Below are positions 47,918 to 58,375 of a DNA stretch of 64,000 nt, in pieces. Origin of the DNA: Acidimicrobiia bacterium (GTDB lineage Bacteria; Actinomycetota; Acidimicrobiia; Spongiisociales; UBA11373). Within the stretch, counting starts at the first letter, position 1; the number at the start of each line of letters is the position of its first letter. Under the pieces are notes generated by a model, which saw only the letters and a list, made by a program, of their open reading frames with translations, ran no database searches and was not told where the DNA came from. The position numbers and the translations under genes are program-made. Location of the stretch: positions 1-64,000 of the forward strand of contig JBBDMM010000001.1 in assembly GCA_040878325.1 (NCBI GenBank). The letters are read 5' to 3'.

Positions 47918-50554
47918 TCAGACCCGGCCGAGCGACTCGCGGGCGAGTCGGACCGCCTCCTCGATGGCATCCTCGATGCGGTCCCCATTGGGACCGCCGG
48001 CCTGGGCGAGCTCCGGATCGCGACTCGCACCACCGCCGACGAGCTTGGCCGCCGGGCCTGCGATCTCCGCGGCGTTGATGCCCTGTGCGACCAGATCGCT
48101 CGTCACGACCACCACCAGCCCGGCCTTGCCATCTCGGGCGCTGCCGAGGACGGCGACACCCGACCCGATGCGATCGCGCACCTGCATCCCCAATTGGCGC
48201 AGCGCATCCGGCGACAGGTCGTGACGGTCGGCCACCACCAGCCGCCGCCCGCTCACTTCCTCGGCTCGCTCCACCATCTCCCGGGCAGCCTCGTTGCGCG
48301 TCTGGGCCTCGATCTGGTCGAGTCGTTCCTCCTGCTGCCGCGACCGAGCCGCGAGGTTCGCCGCCGCTTCGTCGACGCGATCCGGTGGCACCCGCAGGCT
48401 CTCCGCCGTGGCTCGGAGCCGTCGGCGCATGTCCGAGAAGTACTCGTAACCGGCCGAACCGGTGTAGGCCTCGATGCGACGCAGGCTCGACCCGATGGAT
48501 GATTCGCTCACCACCACCAGCGGACCCACCTGGCCGGTGGCGTGGACATGGGTGCCGCCACACAGTTCGCGGGAATAGGAGCCGGCTTCGACGATCCGCA
48601 CCACTTCGCCGTACTTCTCCCCGAAGAAGGCCAGCGCCCCCATCTCCTCGGCCTCGCCCCGTGTCACTTGATACGCCCTGACCGAGGCGTTCTCGATCAC
48701 TCGCTCGTTCGCCAACCGCTCCACCTCGATGACCTCCTCGTCGGTGAGCGCCCCGAAGTGAGAGAAGTCGAAACGCAGCCGCCCCGCCTCCACCAGCGAG
48801 CCTGCCTGCTGAACGTGGGACCCGACCACCGACCGGAGCGCCCAGTGGAGGATGTGGGTGCCGGAGTGGCTCTTGCGGATCCGCTCCCGGCGCCCGGGCT
48901 CCACGCTCAGGGAGGCGCGCTGACCCACCGCGACCGTTCCTTGCTCGACGAGGGCCCGGTGCCCGTGCAGATCCTGCACGGCGTGCTGGGTGTCGTTCAC
49001 CCGCAACCGGCCGGTCTCGGTGATGGCCGTTCCTGAGTCGCCCACCTGGCCACCCGACTCGGCATAGAAGGTGGTGGTGTCGAAGAACACCTCCACCTCC
49101 TGGCCTTCGGTGGCCTGCTGGATCGTCTCACCGTCGGCCACGATCGCCAGGACCACGCCCATCGTGTCGACGTGGTCATACCCCTCGAAGCGGGTCGGCC
49201 CCGACTTGTCGTAGATCTTGCGGTACACCTGAGGCGCATCGGCAGTGGCCGCCTTGCTTCGTGCCGCCCGGGCGCGTTCCCGCTGCGCCGACATCTCGGT
49301 GTCGAAGGCGTGCCGGTCGAGGTCGACACCTCGTTCGGCGGCGATCTCGGCGGTGAGCTCCACCGGGAACCCAAAGGTGTCATGAAGTTTGAAGGCGGTC
49401 TCGCCGGGCAGGGACGCGCCGGTGTCGATCCGCTCGAGTTCGGCGCTCAGCAGCGAGTGCCCCGACTCGAGCGTCCGGCGGAACCTCTCCTCCTCGCGCT
49501 CGGCGGTCTCGGTGATCCCGTCGGCGGCCGCACGCAATGTCGGATAGGCATCGCCCAGAGTGTCGATGGTGGCCCTCACCAGGCGGGGGGTGACGTTCTC
49601 CTCCGCCCCGAGCTGCCAGGCGTGGCGCACCGCCCGGCGCAACAGCCGCCGGAGCACGTAGCCGCGACCCTCGTTCGACGGGACCACGCCATCGGCGATC
49701 AGGTTGGTGATCGCCCGCCCGTGGTCCGCGAGGATGCGCAAACTCACGTCGCTCTCCGGCCGATGCCCGTACGACACGCCCGTGGCCGCCTCACCCGCCG
49801 CCAGCACCGGTCGCAGCAGGTCGGTGAGAAAGGCGGTGTCTACGTCCTGGAGCAGCACGCAGACCCGCTCCAGGCCGGAACCCGTATCGATGTTCTTGGT
49901 CGGCAGGTCGCCGATCACGTGATACGGCTCGTCCTGGACGTACTGCATGAACACCAGGTTCCAGAACTCCATGAAGCGTTCTTCGTCGACCACGGGGCCG
50001 CCGTCCTCACCGAAATCGGGGCCGCGGTCGTAGAAAATCTCCGACGAGGGGCCGGCCGGGCCGGCCACCCCCATCTGCCAGAAGTTGTCCCGGTCCCGCC
50101 GCTGGACCCGGTCGGCCGGCACCCCCACCTGGTCGATCCAGATCTGGGCGGCCTCCTCGTCGGTGTGGTGGACCGTGTACCAGAGCCGTCCCGGGTCCAT
50201 CTGATACACCTCGGTGATCAACTCGTAGGCCCACGGGATCGCCTTCTCCTTGAAGTAGTCGCCCCCGAAAGAGAAGTTGCCCAGCATCTCGAAGAACGAG
50301 AGGTGCCGTGCGGTGGTGCCGACGATCTCGATGTCGTTGGTCCGAATGCACTTCTGCGAGCTGGCGGCGCGCGGGAAGGGCGGCACCTCGTCGCCGAGCA
50401 GGTACGGCTTGAAGGGCACCATGCCGGCCACCGTGAGCAGCAGCGAGGGATCGACCGGGATCAGTGAGGCCGACGGCACGATCGGGTGTCCCCGCGTCGC
50501 GAAGAAGTCGAGGAAAGCGCGCCGAATGTCGGCGCCGGCAACGGGCGTGCTCAT
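47918..50554 (-). CDS. alaS: Alanine--tRNA ligase
   Basis: AGMVPFK, FFEMLGNFSFG, WNLVFMQ, FYAESGGQVGD, HSGTH and ELCGGTH motifs. Confidence 0.98.
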   Translation of the reverse strand: MSTPVAGADIRRAFLDFFATRGHPIVPSASLIPVDPSLLLTVAGMVPFKPYLLGDEVPPFPRAASSQKCIRTNDIEIVGTTARHLSFFEMLGNFSFGGDYFKEKAIPWAYELITEVYQMDPGRLWYTVHHTDEEAAQIWIDQVGVPADRVQRRDRDNFWQMGVAGPAGPSSEIFYDRGPDFGEDGGPVVDEERFMEFWNLVFMQYVQDEPYHVIGDLPTKNIDTGSGLERVCVLLQDVDTAFLTDLLRPVLAAGEAATGVSYGHRPESDVSLRILADHGRAITNLIADGVVPSNEGRGYVLRRLLRRAVRHAWQLGAEENVTPRLVRATIDTLGDAYPTLRAAADGITETAEREEERFRRTLESGHSLLSAELERIDTGASLPGETAFKLHDTFGFPVELTAEIAAERGVDLDRHAFDTEMSAQRERARAARSKAATADAPQVYRKIYDKSGPTRFEGYDHVDTMGVVLAIVADGETIQQATEGQEVEVFFDTTTFYAESGGQVGDSGTAITETGRLRVNDTQHAVQDLHGHRALVEQGTVAVGQRASLSVEPGRRERIRKSHSGTHILHWALRSVVGSHVQQAGSLVEAGRLRFDFSHFGALTDEEVIEVERLANERVIENASVRAYQVTRGEAEEMGALAFFGEKYGEVVRIVEAGSYSRELCGGTHVHATGQVGPLVVVSESSIGSSLRRIEAYTGSAGYEYFSDMRRRLRATAESLRVPPDRVDEAAANLAARSRQQEERLDQIEAQTRNEAAREMVERAEEVSGRRLVVADRHDLSPDALRQLGMQVRDRIGSGVAVLGSARDGKAGLVVVVTSDLVAQGINAAEIAGPAAKLVGGGASRDPELAQAGGPNGDRIEDAIEEAVRLARESLGRV

Positions 50555-50576
50555 CGCGGAGAGGGTAGTGAGACAG

Positions 50577-50740
50577 TCAAGGACCAAGAATCCAAGAACC
50601 AAGAGCCAAGAATCAAGAACCAAGAACCGGGAGCCGTGAATCGAGAATCAACGCCCGGCCCACCGTGGGCTGGACGCCCGGCCGGGTTCGCCCTTCGCCC
50701 TCTGCTCTTACCTTCTTGGCTCTTGATTCTTGACTCTCGA
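50577..50740. repeat. Heptamer array (YCAAGAA)x7 with an inverted 4-unit copy overlapping the rarA 3' end
   Basis: Direct units at 50577-50626; inverted units at 50713-50740. Confidence 0.85.
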
Positions 50741-52066
50741 ATCTCCCTTCCCCATGGCCTCATCGACGACTCGCAGTCTCTCCGCCAGCTCGGCCTCCGC
50801 GCCGGTGGTGCCGGGCCGGTAGAGCGTCTGACCCACCAATTCGTCGGGGAGGTACTGCTGCGGGGCGATGCCATCCGGGCGGTCGTGAGGATACACGTAG
50901 CCGACGCCGTGGCCGAGGGCTTCGGCCCCGCGGTAACCGGACGACCGCAGATGGGGAGGCACCCGGGCCCCCGGATGCTCCTCGACGGCCTGCCGCGCCG
51001 CGGCGATCGTCCTCGCCACCGAGTTCGACTTCGGAGCCGTTGCCAGGTGGAGTGCGGCGTGGTGGAGGGCGTAGGAGGCTTCAGGCAGGCCCACGAACTG
51101 GAGTGCCCGAGCCGCGTCGACGGCCACGCCGAGGGCGGTCGGGTCGGCCAGCCCGATGTCCTCGGACGCGAGGATCACCATCCGCCGGACGATGAACTCC
51201 GGGTCTTCGCCTGCGGCGAGCATCGTCTGCAGCCAGTACGCGGCTGCGTCCGGGTCGGAACCGCGCAGGCTCTTGATGAATGCGGAGATCACGTCGTAGT
51301 GCTGGTCACCCGCCTTGTCGTAGCGGATCACCCGATGCTGCAGAGCCTCCTCGACGGCGTCGACGGCGATGGTGTCCGCGCCCCGACCGGCGGAGATCAC
51401 CGAGGCGACCTCGAGGGCGTTGAGGGCCAGGCGGGCATCCCCGCCGCAGCGCTCGGCAAGAAGAGCGGCGGCGGCGGGATCGATCGATCCCGGCTCGGCG
51501 ACCCCCCGATCAGGCTCCAGCATCGCCCGCTCGATCAGGGTGCCGACCTCATCGACAGACAGCGGCTCCAATCTGAACAACAGACTCCGGGAAATCAGCG
51601 GCGAGTTCACCTCGAAGAACGGGTTTTCGGTGGTCGCCCCCACCAGGATCACGGTGCCATCCTCCACGCCGGGCAGGAGGGCGTCCTGCTGCGACTTGGT
51701 GAACCGATGGATCTCGTCTAGGAAGAGCACGGTCCGACGCTCGTCCTGCTCCAAACGGTGCCGCGCTCCAGCCAGCACCTCGCGCACTTCCTTGACGCCG
51801 GCAGAGGTCGCCGACATGGGCTCGAACGCCGCCCCGCTGGATCCGGCGACCAGACGGGCGAGCGTGGTCTTGCCGGTCCCGGGCGGTCCCCAGAGGATCA
51901 TGGAAACCGGCCGGCCCGAACGCACCATCGTCCCGAAGGCGGCACCCGGCCCCAGGAGGTGCCCCTGCCCGACCACCTCATCGAGGTTGGCCGGGCGCAT
52001 CCGCGCCGCCAGCGGCTCCGCAGACCTGCGCCGCGCGGCCCGCTCCCCGGCGAAGAGGTCGTCCAT
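50708..52066 (-). CDS. rarA: Replication-associated recombination protein A (MgsA)
   Basis: PLAARMRP, GPPGTGKTT, DEIHRF, GATTENP, HYDVISAFIKSLRGSD and APKSNS motifs. Confidence 0.96.
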   Translation of the reverse strand: MDDLFAGERAARRRSAEPLAARMRPANLDEVVGQGHLLGPGAAFGTMVRSGRPVSMILWGPPGTGKTTLARLVAGSSGAAFEPMSATSAGVKEVREVLAGARHRLEQDERRTVLFLDEIHRFTKSQQDALLPGVEDGTVILVGATTENPFFEVNSPLISRSLLFRLEPLSVDEVGTLIERAMLEPDRGVAEPGSIDPAAAALLAERCGGDARLALNALEVASVISAGRGADTIAVDAVEEALQHRVIRYDKAGDQHYDVISAFIKSLRGSDPDAAAYWLQTMLAAGEDPEFIVRRMVILASEDIGLADPTALGVAVDAARALQFVGLPEASYALHHAALHLATAPKSNSVARTIAAARQAVEEHPGARVPPHLRSSGYRGAEALGHGVGYVYPHDRPDGIAPQQYLPDELVGQTLYRPGTTGAEAELAERLRVVDEAMGKGDSRVKNQEPRR

Positions 52067-53856
52067 CAGCCGGTGTCCGCTTCCTCCTCTAGCGCTCGTT
52101 TCACCTCCGGGAGGAGATCGATCCCCAACTCCGCCAACTGGACCCCCGCCACCGGGCCCGGAGACCCCGTGAGCGGATCCGTGCCGGTCTGAGTCTTCGG
52201 GAAGGGAATCACCTCACGGATGTTCGGCTCGTTCTGGAGGATGGCGACCAGCCGATCGATCCCCACCGCAAAGCCGGCGTGCGGAGGGGTGCCGTAGCGC
52301 AGGGCGCGCATGAACCAGCCGAACCGCGACTCGGCCTCCTGGTCGGAGATTCCGAGGATGTCGAACACGGTCTTCTGGGTGCGGGGGTCGTGGATACGCT
52401 CGCTCCCCGATCCGAGTTCGCTGCCGTTGAGCACCAGGTCATAGGCCCGCGACAGCGCGGTCTCGGGGTGATCGCGCATTTCGGCCACGTCGTAGGGCGC
52501 GGTGAATGGGTGGTGCTCCGGCATCAATTCGCCATTCGGCCCCACGGCGAACACGGGAAAGTCGACCACCCACAGCAGGGCAAGGTCGTCGTGACCGCGC
52601 GGCTTGCCGAGGTCCAGGCGCAGGGAACCGAGCACCGACTGCACCACCTTGGTCTGATCGGCGACCACCAGAAGGGTGTCGCCCGGGACGGCCCCGAAGG
52701 CGGCAACCAGGCCCTCCTGCTCGGCCGCGGACAGGAACTTCGCCACCGGTGACCGGAGGGTTCCGTCCGCTTCCACCACCAGCCACACGAGCCCTTTGGC
52801 CCCGAGCGCCACGGCCCGCTCGACCAGCGCATCGAACCCGCTGCGGGATAGGTCCTGCTTGCCGGCACCGATCCCGGCCACGGTCCCCCCGACGGCCAGG
52901 GCGCCGGCGAACGCCTTGAACTCGGTGCCGGCGAAGAGCCCGCTGAGATCCACGATCTCGATCCCGAACCTGGTGTCGGGTTTGTCGGTGCCGTAACGGG
53001 CCATTGCCTCGTGCCAGGTGAGCCGGGGGAAGGGCTGCGCCAGTTCGATTCCGCGGAGTGACAGGGCGACCGCAGCCAGCACCGGTTCGAGGGAAGCGAA
53101 CACTTCCTCTCTACGCCAGAACGAGCCCTCGATGTCGAGCTGGGTGAACTCGATCTGCCGATCCGACCTGAAGTCCTCATCTCGATAGCACCGGGCGATC
53201 TGGTAATACCGCTCGACCCCGCCGACCATCAGCAACTGCTTGAACAGCTGGGGCGATTGCGGCAGTGCATAGAAGGAGCCTTGTCGAAGTCGGCTGGGGA
53301 CCAGGAAGTCGCGAGCGCCTTCCGGCGTCGACTTCACCAGGGTCGGCGTCTCCACCTCGAGAAAGCCCTGGGCAGCCATTGTCGACCGCATCGCGTGGAT
53401 CGCCTTGGAACGCGCCACCAGGTTCGCCGCCATCCTCGGCCGCCGCAGGTCGAGGTAGCGGAACTCGAGGCGGCGGGTCTCGTCCACTTCCGACCGGTCA
53501 TCGATCTGGAATGGCAGCGGGTCGGACGGCGAGAGCACCTCGACCAGGGCGGCGGCCACTTCGACGTCTCCGGTGGGGAGATCATTGTTCGCAGTGCCAT
53601 CGGGGCGTGCCCGCACCAGGCCCGTGACGCTGATGCAGTATTCGGCGCGGAGAGAATCCGCGACCGCTGCGGTTGCGTCGTCGGCATCGGGATCGATCAC
53701 GACCTGCACCACTCCTGATGCATCGCGCAGGTCGAGGAACAGCACGCCGCCGTGGTCCCGGCGAGTTGCCACCCAACCGGCGAGCCGCACCTCGCGGCCC
53801 GAGTCGCCCGCCCTGAGCTCCCCGGCGCGAGCCGTCCTCAGCGGTTGGTCAGCCAC
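52066..53856 (-). CDS. aspS: Aspartate--tRNA ligase, probably non-discriminating Asp/Asn
   Basis: RRDHGG, STPEGARDF, LPQSPQLFKQ, EFTQLD and FPKT motifs; His and Gly at the non-discriminating signature positions. Confidence 0.96.
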   Translation of the reverse strand: MADQPLRTARAGELRAGDSGREVRLAGWVATRRDHGGVLFLDLRDASGVVQVVIDPDADDATAAVADSLRAEYCISVTGLVRARPDGTANNDLPTGDVEVAAALVEVLSPSDPLPFQIDDRSEVDETRRLEFRYLDLRRPRMAANLVARSKAIHAMRSTMAAQGFLEVETPTLVKSTPEGARDFLVPSRLRQGSFYALPQSPQLFKQLLMVGGVERYYQIARCYRDEDFRSDRQIEFTQLDIEGSFWRREEVFASLEPVLAAVALSLRGIELAQPFPRLTWHEAMARYGTDKPDTRFGIEIVDLSGLFAGTEFKAFAGALAVGGTVAGIGAGKQDLSRSGFDALVERAVALGAKGLVWLVVEADGTLRSPVAKFLSAAEQEGLVAAFGAVPGDTLLVVADQTKVVQSVLGSLRLDLGKPRGHDDLALLWVVDFPVFAVGPNGELMPEHHPFTAPYDVAEMRDHPETALSRAYDLVLNGSELGSGSERIHDPRTQKTVFDILGISDQEAESRFGWFMRALRYGTPPHAGFAVGIDRLVAILQNEPNIREVIPFPKTQTGTDPLTGSPGPVAGVQLAELGIDLLPEVKRALEEEADTG

Positions 53857-55067
53857 CCGGCCACCTCCTCGATCGGGACGCGGGCATCCTCACCGGTCAC
53901 CAGCCGCTTCACGGTCACCTCGCCACCCTCCCATTCGTCTCCGACCACCGCCACCGCAAACGCACCCGCACGGTCGGCGGCCTTGAACTGGCCCCGGAGA
54001 GAGCGACCTGGGGTCGGATCCCAGTCGACCCGCATTCCGTCGCCCCGCAGCCGGGCGACCCAACGTCGGGCGTCGTCGCGGCGCCCGACGTCGGCCACCG
54101 CCACGAACAGGTCGAGACGGGAGGCCTCGACCGCCGGCATTGCCTGGACGATTCGATCACACCCCAACGCGACACCCACTGCGGGCACCTCGCGACCGCT
54201 GCCGATCAACTTTGCGAGGGGGTCGTAACGTCCGCCCCCGCCGAGCGCATCCTGCGCCGCCTCGAAGGAAGACGAGAAGAACTCGAAGACAGTGCGGTTG
54301 TAGTAGTCCAGCCCCCGGACGAGGCGCGGTGCGATTTCGTACGGGACTCCGATTGCATCGAGGCCGGCACGCACGGCCGTGAAGTGTTCCCGGGCGCCGT
54401 CACCGAGATGGTCGAGGGGAACAGGGGCGTCGGCGACCACCGCGGTGTCTGCCTTTGAATCGAGCACCCGCAGCGGGTTCGTCTCGATGCGACGCTGCGC
54501 ATCCGACGAGAGATCGGCTTCACGGGACCGCAGGAACTCCTGGAGGAGACGGCGATACGCGCTCCGATCGGGAGCGTCGCCGATCGAGTTGAGCCTCAGG
54601 GTGACCCCGGCCACCCCGACCTCGTCGAGCAGGCGGGAGGAGAACTCGATCACCTCGACGTCGGCCTCGGGTGACGCCTCTCCCAGGTACTCCAGGTCGA
54701 CCTGGTAGAACTGTCGACGCCTGCCCTTCTGGGGCTGTTCGTAACGGAACATCGGCCCGCTAGATGCGAACTTCGCCGAACCCTGTCCCCCGGCCTCGAG
54801 AAAGGCGCGGACCATGCTCGCGGTCAGTTCCGGGCGCAGGGTCACCGAACGGCCGCCACGGTCCTCGAAGGTGTACATCTGCTTCTCGACGACTTCGGTG
54901 GCCTCGCCGACCCCGCGGGCGAACAGCTCAGTCGACTCCATCACCGGAAGCAGCACCAGGTCGTACCCGTAGCGTTCGGCGAGGGAGTCGAAGGCGCGCA
55001 GCAACGACCGCCACCGAGCCGATTCGGGCGGAAGGATGTCGTCGGTGCCCTTGAGTCGCGGAATCAA
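53838..55067 (-). CDS. hisS: Histidine--tRNA ligase
   Basis: KGTDD, KQMYTF, LRPELTAS, FRYEQPQKGR, LVRGLDYY and GGGRYD motifs; TTG start overlaps the upstream stop. Confidence 0.96.
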   Translation of the reverse strand: MIPRLKGTDDILPPESARWRSLLRAFDSLAERYGYDLVLLPVMESTELFARGVGEATEVVEKQMYTFEDRGGRSVTLRPELTASMVRAFLEAGGQGSAKFASSGPMFRYEQPQKGRRRQFYQVDLEYLGEASPEADVEVIEFSSRLLDEVGVAGVTLRLNSIGDAPDRSAYRRLLQEFLRSREADLSSDAQRRIETNPLRVLDSKADTAVVADAPVPLDHLGDGAREHFTAVRAGLDAIGVPYEIAPRLVRGLDYYNRTVFEFFSSSFEAAQDALGGGGRYDPLAKLIGSGREVPAVGVALGCDRIVQAMPAVEASRLDLFVAVADVGRRDDARRWVARLRGDGMRVDWDPTPGRSLRGQFKAADRAGAFAVAVVGDEWEGGEVTVKRLVTGEDARVPIEEVAGWLTNR

Positions 55068-55711
55068 CGGAATCTCTCGAGGAAGGGATTGGTCTCGAGC
55101 TCCCGGGCAAGGGTAGTTGTAGGCCCATGCCCAGGAAACACGGCGGTGCCGGCGGGCAGCGGGACCACCCGCTCCGCCATCGATCGCATCAGTGCACCGT
55201 GGTCGCCTCCGGGCAGGTCGGTCCTGCCGATCGAGCCTGCGAACAACTGGTCCCCGCTGAAGAGAGCACCTTCCTCCGGAACCCAGAAGCAGCAATGCCC
55301 CGGCGTATGCCCCGGAGTGTGGAGGACAGTGAGGGCGATCCCGGCGAGGTCGAGGGTCTGACCGTCCTCCAGATGCTCGTATCGCTCCGGCTGCTCGTAA
55401 TCGCCCGGCGGAGCCGTCCCCCACAGGGTCTCGAGCTGACGACGCGGATCGGCCGCCAGCCACTCGTCGTCGGGATGCAGATAGACGGACAACGCGAAGG
55501 ACTTCGCGACAGACCCCGCACCCCCGAGGTGGTCGACATGCCCGTGCGTGAGCACAAGGGCGGCGGGGATCAGCTCATGACGCGCCAGGAGGTCGACGAC
55601 CCCGGCGCCATCCGGAGGGGCGTCCACCACCACCGCCGGCCCCCCGGCCTCCCGAGCGATCACCCAGCAGTTGGTCCCCGCCAGCCACAGCACCGACGAG
55701 TCGATGAGCAT
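55064..55711 (-). CDS. MBL-fold metallo-hydrolase (glyoxalase II-like)
   Basis: THGHVDH, HTPGHTPG, SGDQLF..SIGRTD and PGHG motifs. Confidence 0.93.
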   Translation of the reverse strand: MLIDSSVLWLAGTNCWVIAREAGGPAVVVDAPPDGAGVVDLLARHELIPAALVLTHGHVDHLGGAGSVAKSFALSVYLHPDDEWLAADPRRQLETLWGTAPPGDYEQPERYEHLEDGQTLDLAGIALTVLHTPGHTPGHCCFWVPEEGALFSGDQLFAGSIGRTDLPGGDHGALMRSMAERVVPLPAGTAVFPGHGPTTTLARELETNPFLERFR

Positions 55712-55785
55712 GGGGAGGAAGATAGGACACCACCAGCCACCAGCCGAACATTCCTCTTGCTGGTGGCTGGTGGCTCTGGACTGTC

Positions 55786-57168
55786 TTAGATCTCCACCCA
55801 GCTGGTGGCCGTCAGCAGTTCGACCGTCGCGCCCAGCTCGGTCTCCACCGGACCGTCGTTGTCCACGGTGACGTTGCCGCCGACCCGCGACATCGTCACC
55901 AGGTTGCCCGAGTCGCACGCTGATGCGGCGAGAAACCCGCCGCCGCTGACCACGGCAGTACCCGAGATGTCGATCTGCTCATGAGCCGCGGTGAGACCCG
56001 ACATGGTTGGGCTCCCGCTGATATCGATGTCGCGCCCGGCGATGAATTGCAGATTGCCGGCCCCGGGGAACGGGATCATCTTCGGGCTTCCGGCGATGTC
56101 GATGTCGCCGCCCACAAGACTGCCGCAGACCCCGCGAGCCTCGGTGATGACCGTGGTCTTCCACGGGATCAAGGTCGATCCCGGGCTCGAGACGATGGTG
56201 GCGGTGCCTTCGAACACATAGAAGACCCCGTCGTTCGAGCCGGTGCTTTCGTACTTCCAGGTCGCCCAGTCATCCGAGTCGCAGCAACCCATGAAGCGCC
56301 ATCCGAGGTAGGGCGAGCCCCCGGCGTCGGCTGCCAGTGTCTGGCCGGTGCAGGGCACGTTGGCGGCAGTGTTCCCGTACGCCGGATGGGCCGGCCCGGC
56401 CCGGACCTTGCCGTCGGGGCATAGGTCGTAGAAAGAGTCGTCCCAATGGTTGCGCGGGTGGACCAGGGGGATGAACTCCAGCGGCTGGGCTCCCGGCGCC
56501 GGGCACCCGGGGTCTTGTGACACCCCGCCGGTGACCTGGGCCCCGCCCGACGCCGACAGGCATCCATCCACTTCGGTGCTCCCGCCCACATCGAGGTATC
56601 CGTTGGCGTGGATGCCGACGGCGGCCCCCGTCAGGAACGTCGGGTTGCCGCGCAACTCCAGGTCATCGTCAGAGAGGAACGCAAAATGGGTGGTCCACGT
56701 GGTGTTGTACGAGATCAGCTCGTAATCGATCCGCACGACCCGAACCCGACGGTTCTCCGCATCGCGGCTCGGGGCAAACCCGGCCGAGTACAGGAAAGCG
56801 CTGTTGGACGGCTTCACGATGACGAACTCGCCGTCGGGCGTTCCCACCACGTCCTCTACGGGGCGGGCGTCGGCCGCCGCCACCACCCACGTCTTCTCGT
56901 GGCCGGTGCCGGCCAGGCCTTCGGTTGCCAACTCGCCGGTGTGATAGCCGTCATCGGCTTCAACGGTTGCCAGCCCCACACTGAGACCCGACTCGGCCGT
57001 GGCCAGCGCTTGCTCCCAGAGGGCATCGCCACTGGTGTTGCCGTACTGGGCCACGCCGCGGGCGAACACCACCGATGACATCAGCACCATCGCCGAGCCC
57101 AGCATCACGACCGCGAACATCGCCATTCCCCGGTCCTCCGCTGCGAGTGATCTCAATGACTTCTTCAT
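55786..57168 (-). CDS. PilX-like large minor pilin / putative tip adhesin, copy B
   Basis: EDRG|MAMFAVVMLG prepilin-like N-terminus lacking Glu5; QALATAESG; Cys-rich body; (I/L)xGxP repeats. Confidence 0.75.
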   Translation of the reverse strand: MKKSLRSLAAEDRGMAMFAVVMLGSAMVLMSSVVFARGVAQYGNTSGDALWEQALATAESGLSVGLATVEADDGYHTGELATEGLAGTGHEKTWVVAAADARPVEDVVGTPDGEFVIVKPSNSAFLYSAGFAPSRDAENRRVRVVRIDYELISYNTTWTTHFAFLSDDDLELRGNPTFLTGAAVGIHANGYLDVGGSTEVDGCLSASGGAQVTGGVSQDPGCPAPGAQPLEFIPLVHPRNHWDDSFYDLCPDGKVRAGPAHPAYGNTAANVPCTGQTLAADAGGSPYLGWRFMGCCDSDDWATWKYESTGSNDGVFYVFEGTATIVSSPGSTLIPWKTTVITEARGVCGSLVGGDIDIAGSPKMIPFPGAGNLQFIAGRDIDISGSPTMSGLTAAHEQIDISGTAVVSGGGFLAASACDSGNLVTMSRVGGNVTVDNDGPVETELGATVELLTATSWVEI

Positions 57169-57680
57169 GCGTTCCTCACGTGTATTCGTAACCCGATACT
57201 TCTCGTGCCGGACTCCCCCGCGACGGTGACGACGTGGGCCCTCAGCTGGATACCGATCTCGGTGATGTCCTCCAGGGTCGGTGAGTCGTAGCCGAAATAG
57301 CTCTCGCCGTAGACCAGATTCGAGGCGAGCACGCCGAATTCGCCGCCGTCGGTGGTACGGGTGAGTTCTCCGTCGTCGGTGACCGCCCAGGTGATCGCCT
57401 CCCCGATGTCCTGAAAGTCGTCGTCGTCGTCATCCACCCAGACGGTGACCGACACGGTCTCGGCGCCGAGCACACTCTCCGCGCTGCGAAGATCGCGCCC
57501 GATGACGCTCTTGGCGATGCGCAGATCCTGCATCGCCTGGTCGTCACCCCCGTGGAGTGAGGTGGCTGCCCCGGCAGTGTGCATCCAGGTGACCATCGCC
57601 GCACTCATCAGTGCGGTCACGAACATCGCCACCCCGAGTTCCACGATCGATGTACCCGAGTCACTCTTGAGTCGGTTCAT
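57165..57680 (-). CDS. PilW-like minor pilin, copy B
   Basis: SDSG|TSIVELGVAM; IGRDLRSA; C-terminal IHVRN. Confidence 0.8.
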   Translation of the reverse strand: MNRLKSDSGTSIVELGVAMFVTALMSAAMVTWMHTAGAATSLHGGDDQAMQDLRIAKSVIGRDLRSAESVLGAETVSVTVWVDDDDDDFQDIGEAITWAVTDDGELTRTTDGGEFGVLASNLVYGESYFGYDSPTLEDITEIGIQLRAHVVTVAGESGTRSIGLRIHVRNA

Positions 57681-58174
57681 CTCGTCGATGCCTCTGAGAT
57701 CAGGGTGCTGTTGCGGTGATACGACACGACGCCGTCGAGGTTCCATTCGACGATGACGAGGAATCGGCGTATGCCACCTCCGGCGTCACTCACATAACGC
57801 CAGATGGTGAAGGATTGGCCATCGATCGTCTCTATCTCCTTGGGCGAGATCCAACCGTCATCGTCGACGACGAGCAACTCGTCCGCTTCCAGATCGGCTT
57901 CGCTGGCGAGGAGGACTCCCTCGGTCTGGTCCATCGCCGGCGCGCCCGAGGCCAGAGCCGTCATGGCGACGCCGTCCCATGTCAGCGAGCGGGCGTACTC
58001 GATCTGCTCCACCGCCAGTGCGGTCGCCTCCTGGGCCACATCGTTGTCTTGGGCTCCGTTGAAGGCTCCTCCGAGGGTGGTCCCAAATCCGGCGAAGATC
58101 ACGAGGAGAATCGACGCGGCAACGAGTGCCTCGATGATGCTGAAACCCGAGTCGTGACTAGTTAGTTTACGCAT
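57677..58174 (-). CDS. PilV-like minor pilin, copy B
   Basis: HDSG|FSIIEALVAASIL; ATALAVEQIEYARS; VIVEW. Confidence 0.82.
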   Translation of the reverse strand: MRKLTSHDSGFSIIEALVAASILLVIFAGFGTTLGGAFNGAQDNDVAQEATALAVEQIEYARSLTWDGVAMTALASGAPAMDQTEGVLLASEADLEADELLVVDDDGWISPKEIETIDGQSFTIWRYVSDAGGGIRRFLVIVEWNLDGVVSYHRNSTLISEASTR

Positions 58175-58188
58175 TACTCTTAGTAGCG

Positions 58189-58217
58189 TTATCGACCACT
58201 ACGGGTGGCATACTTGA
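58189..58217 (-). promoter_or_regulatory. Sigma28/WhiG-type promoter of minor-pilin cassette B
   Basis: TCAAG-N16-GTCGATAA, 14 nt upstream of the ATG. Confidence 0.7.
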
Positions 58218-58375
58218 ACGCTATTCCCCAGGGCTCGCGCCAGGGCAGGGTGGCCTCGCGCCAGATGGGGATGGGGCCTCGATGATCGTGAAGCCCTGGG
58301 TAGCCCTGTCGGCTGTCGCCGCGTGCTTGAGTGAGCCTCGTTCCGTCGAACCGGCGTCGTGGCCACCCAGGCTGG

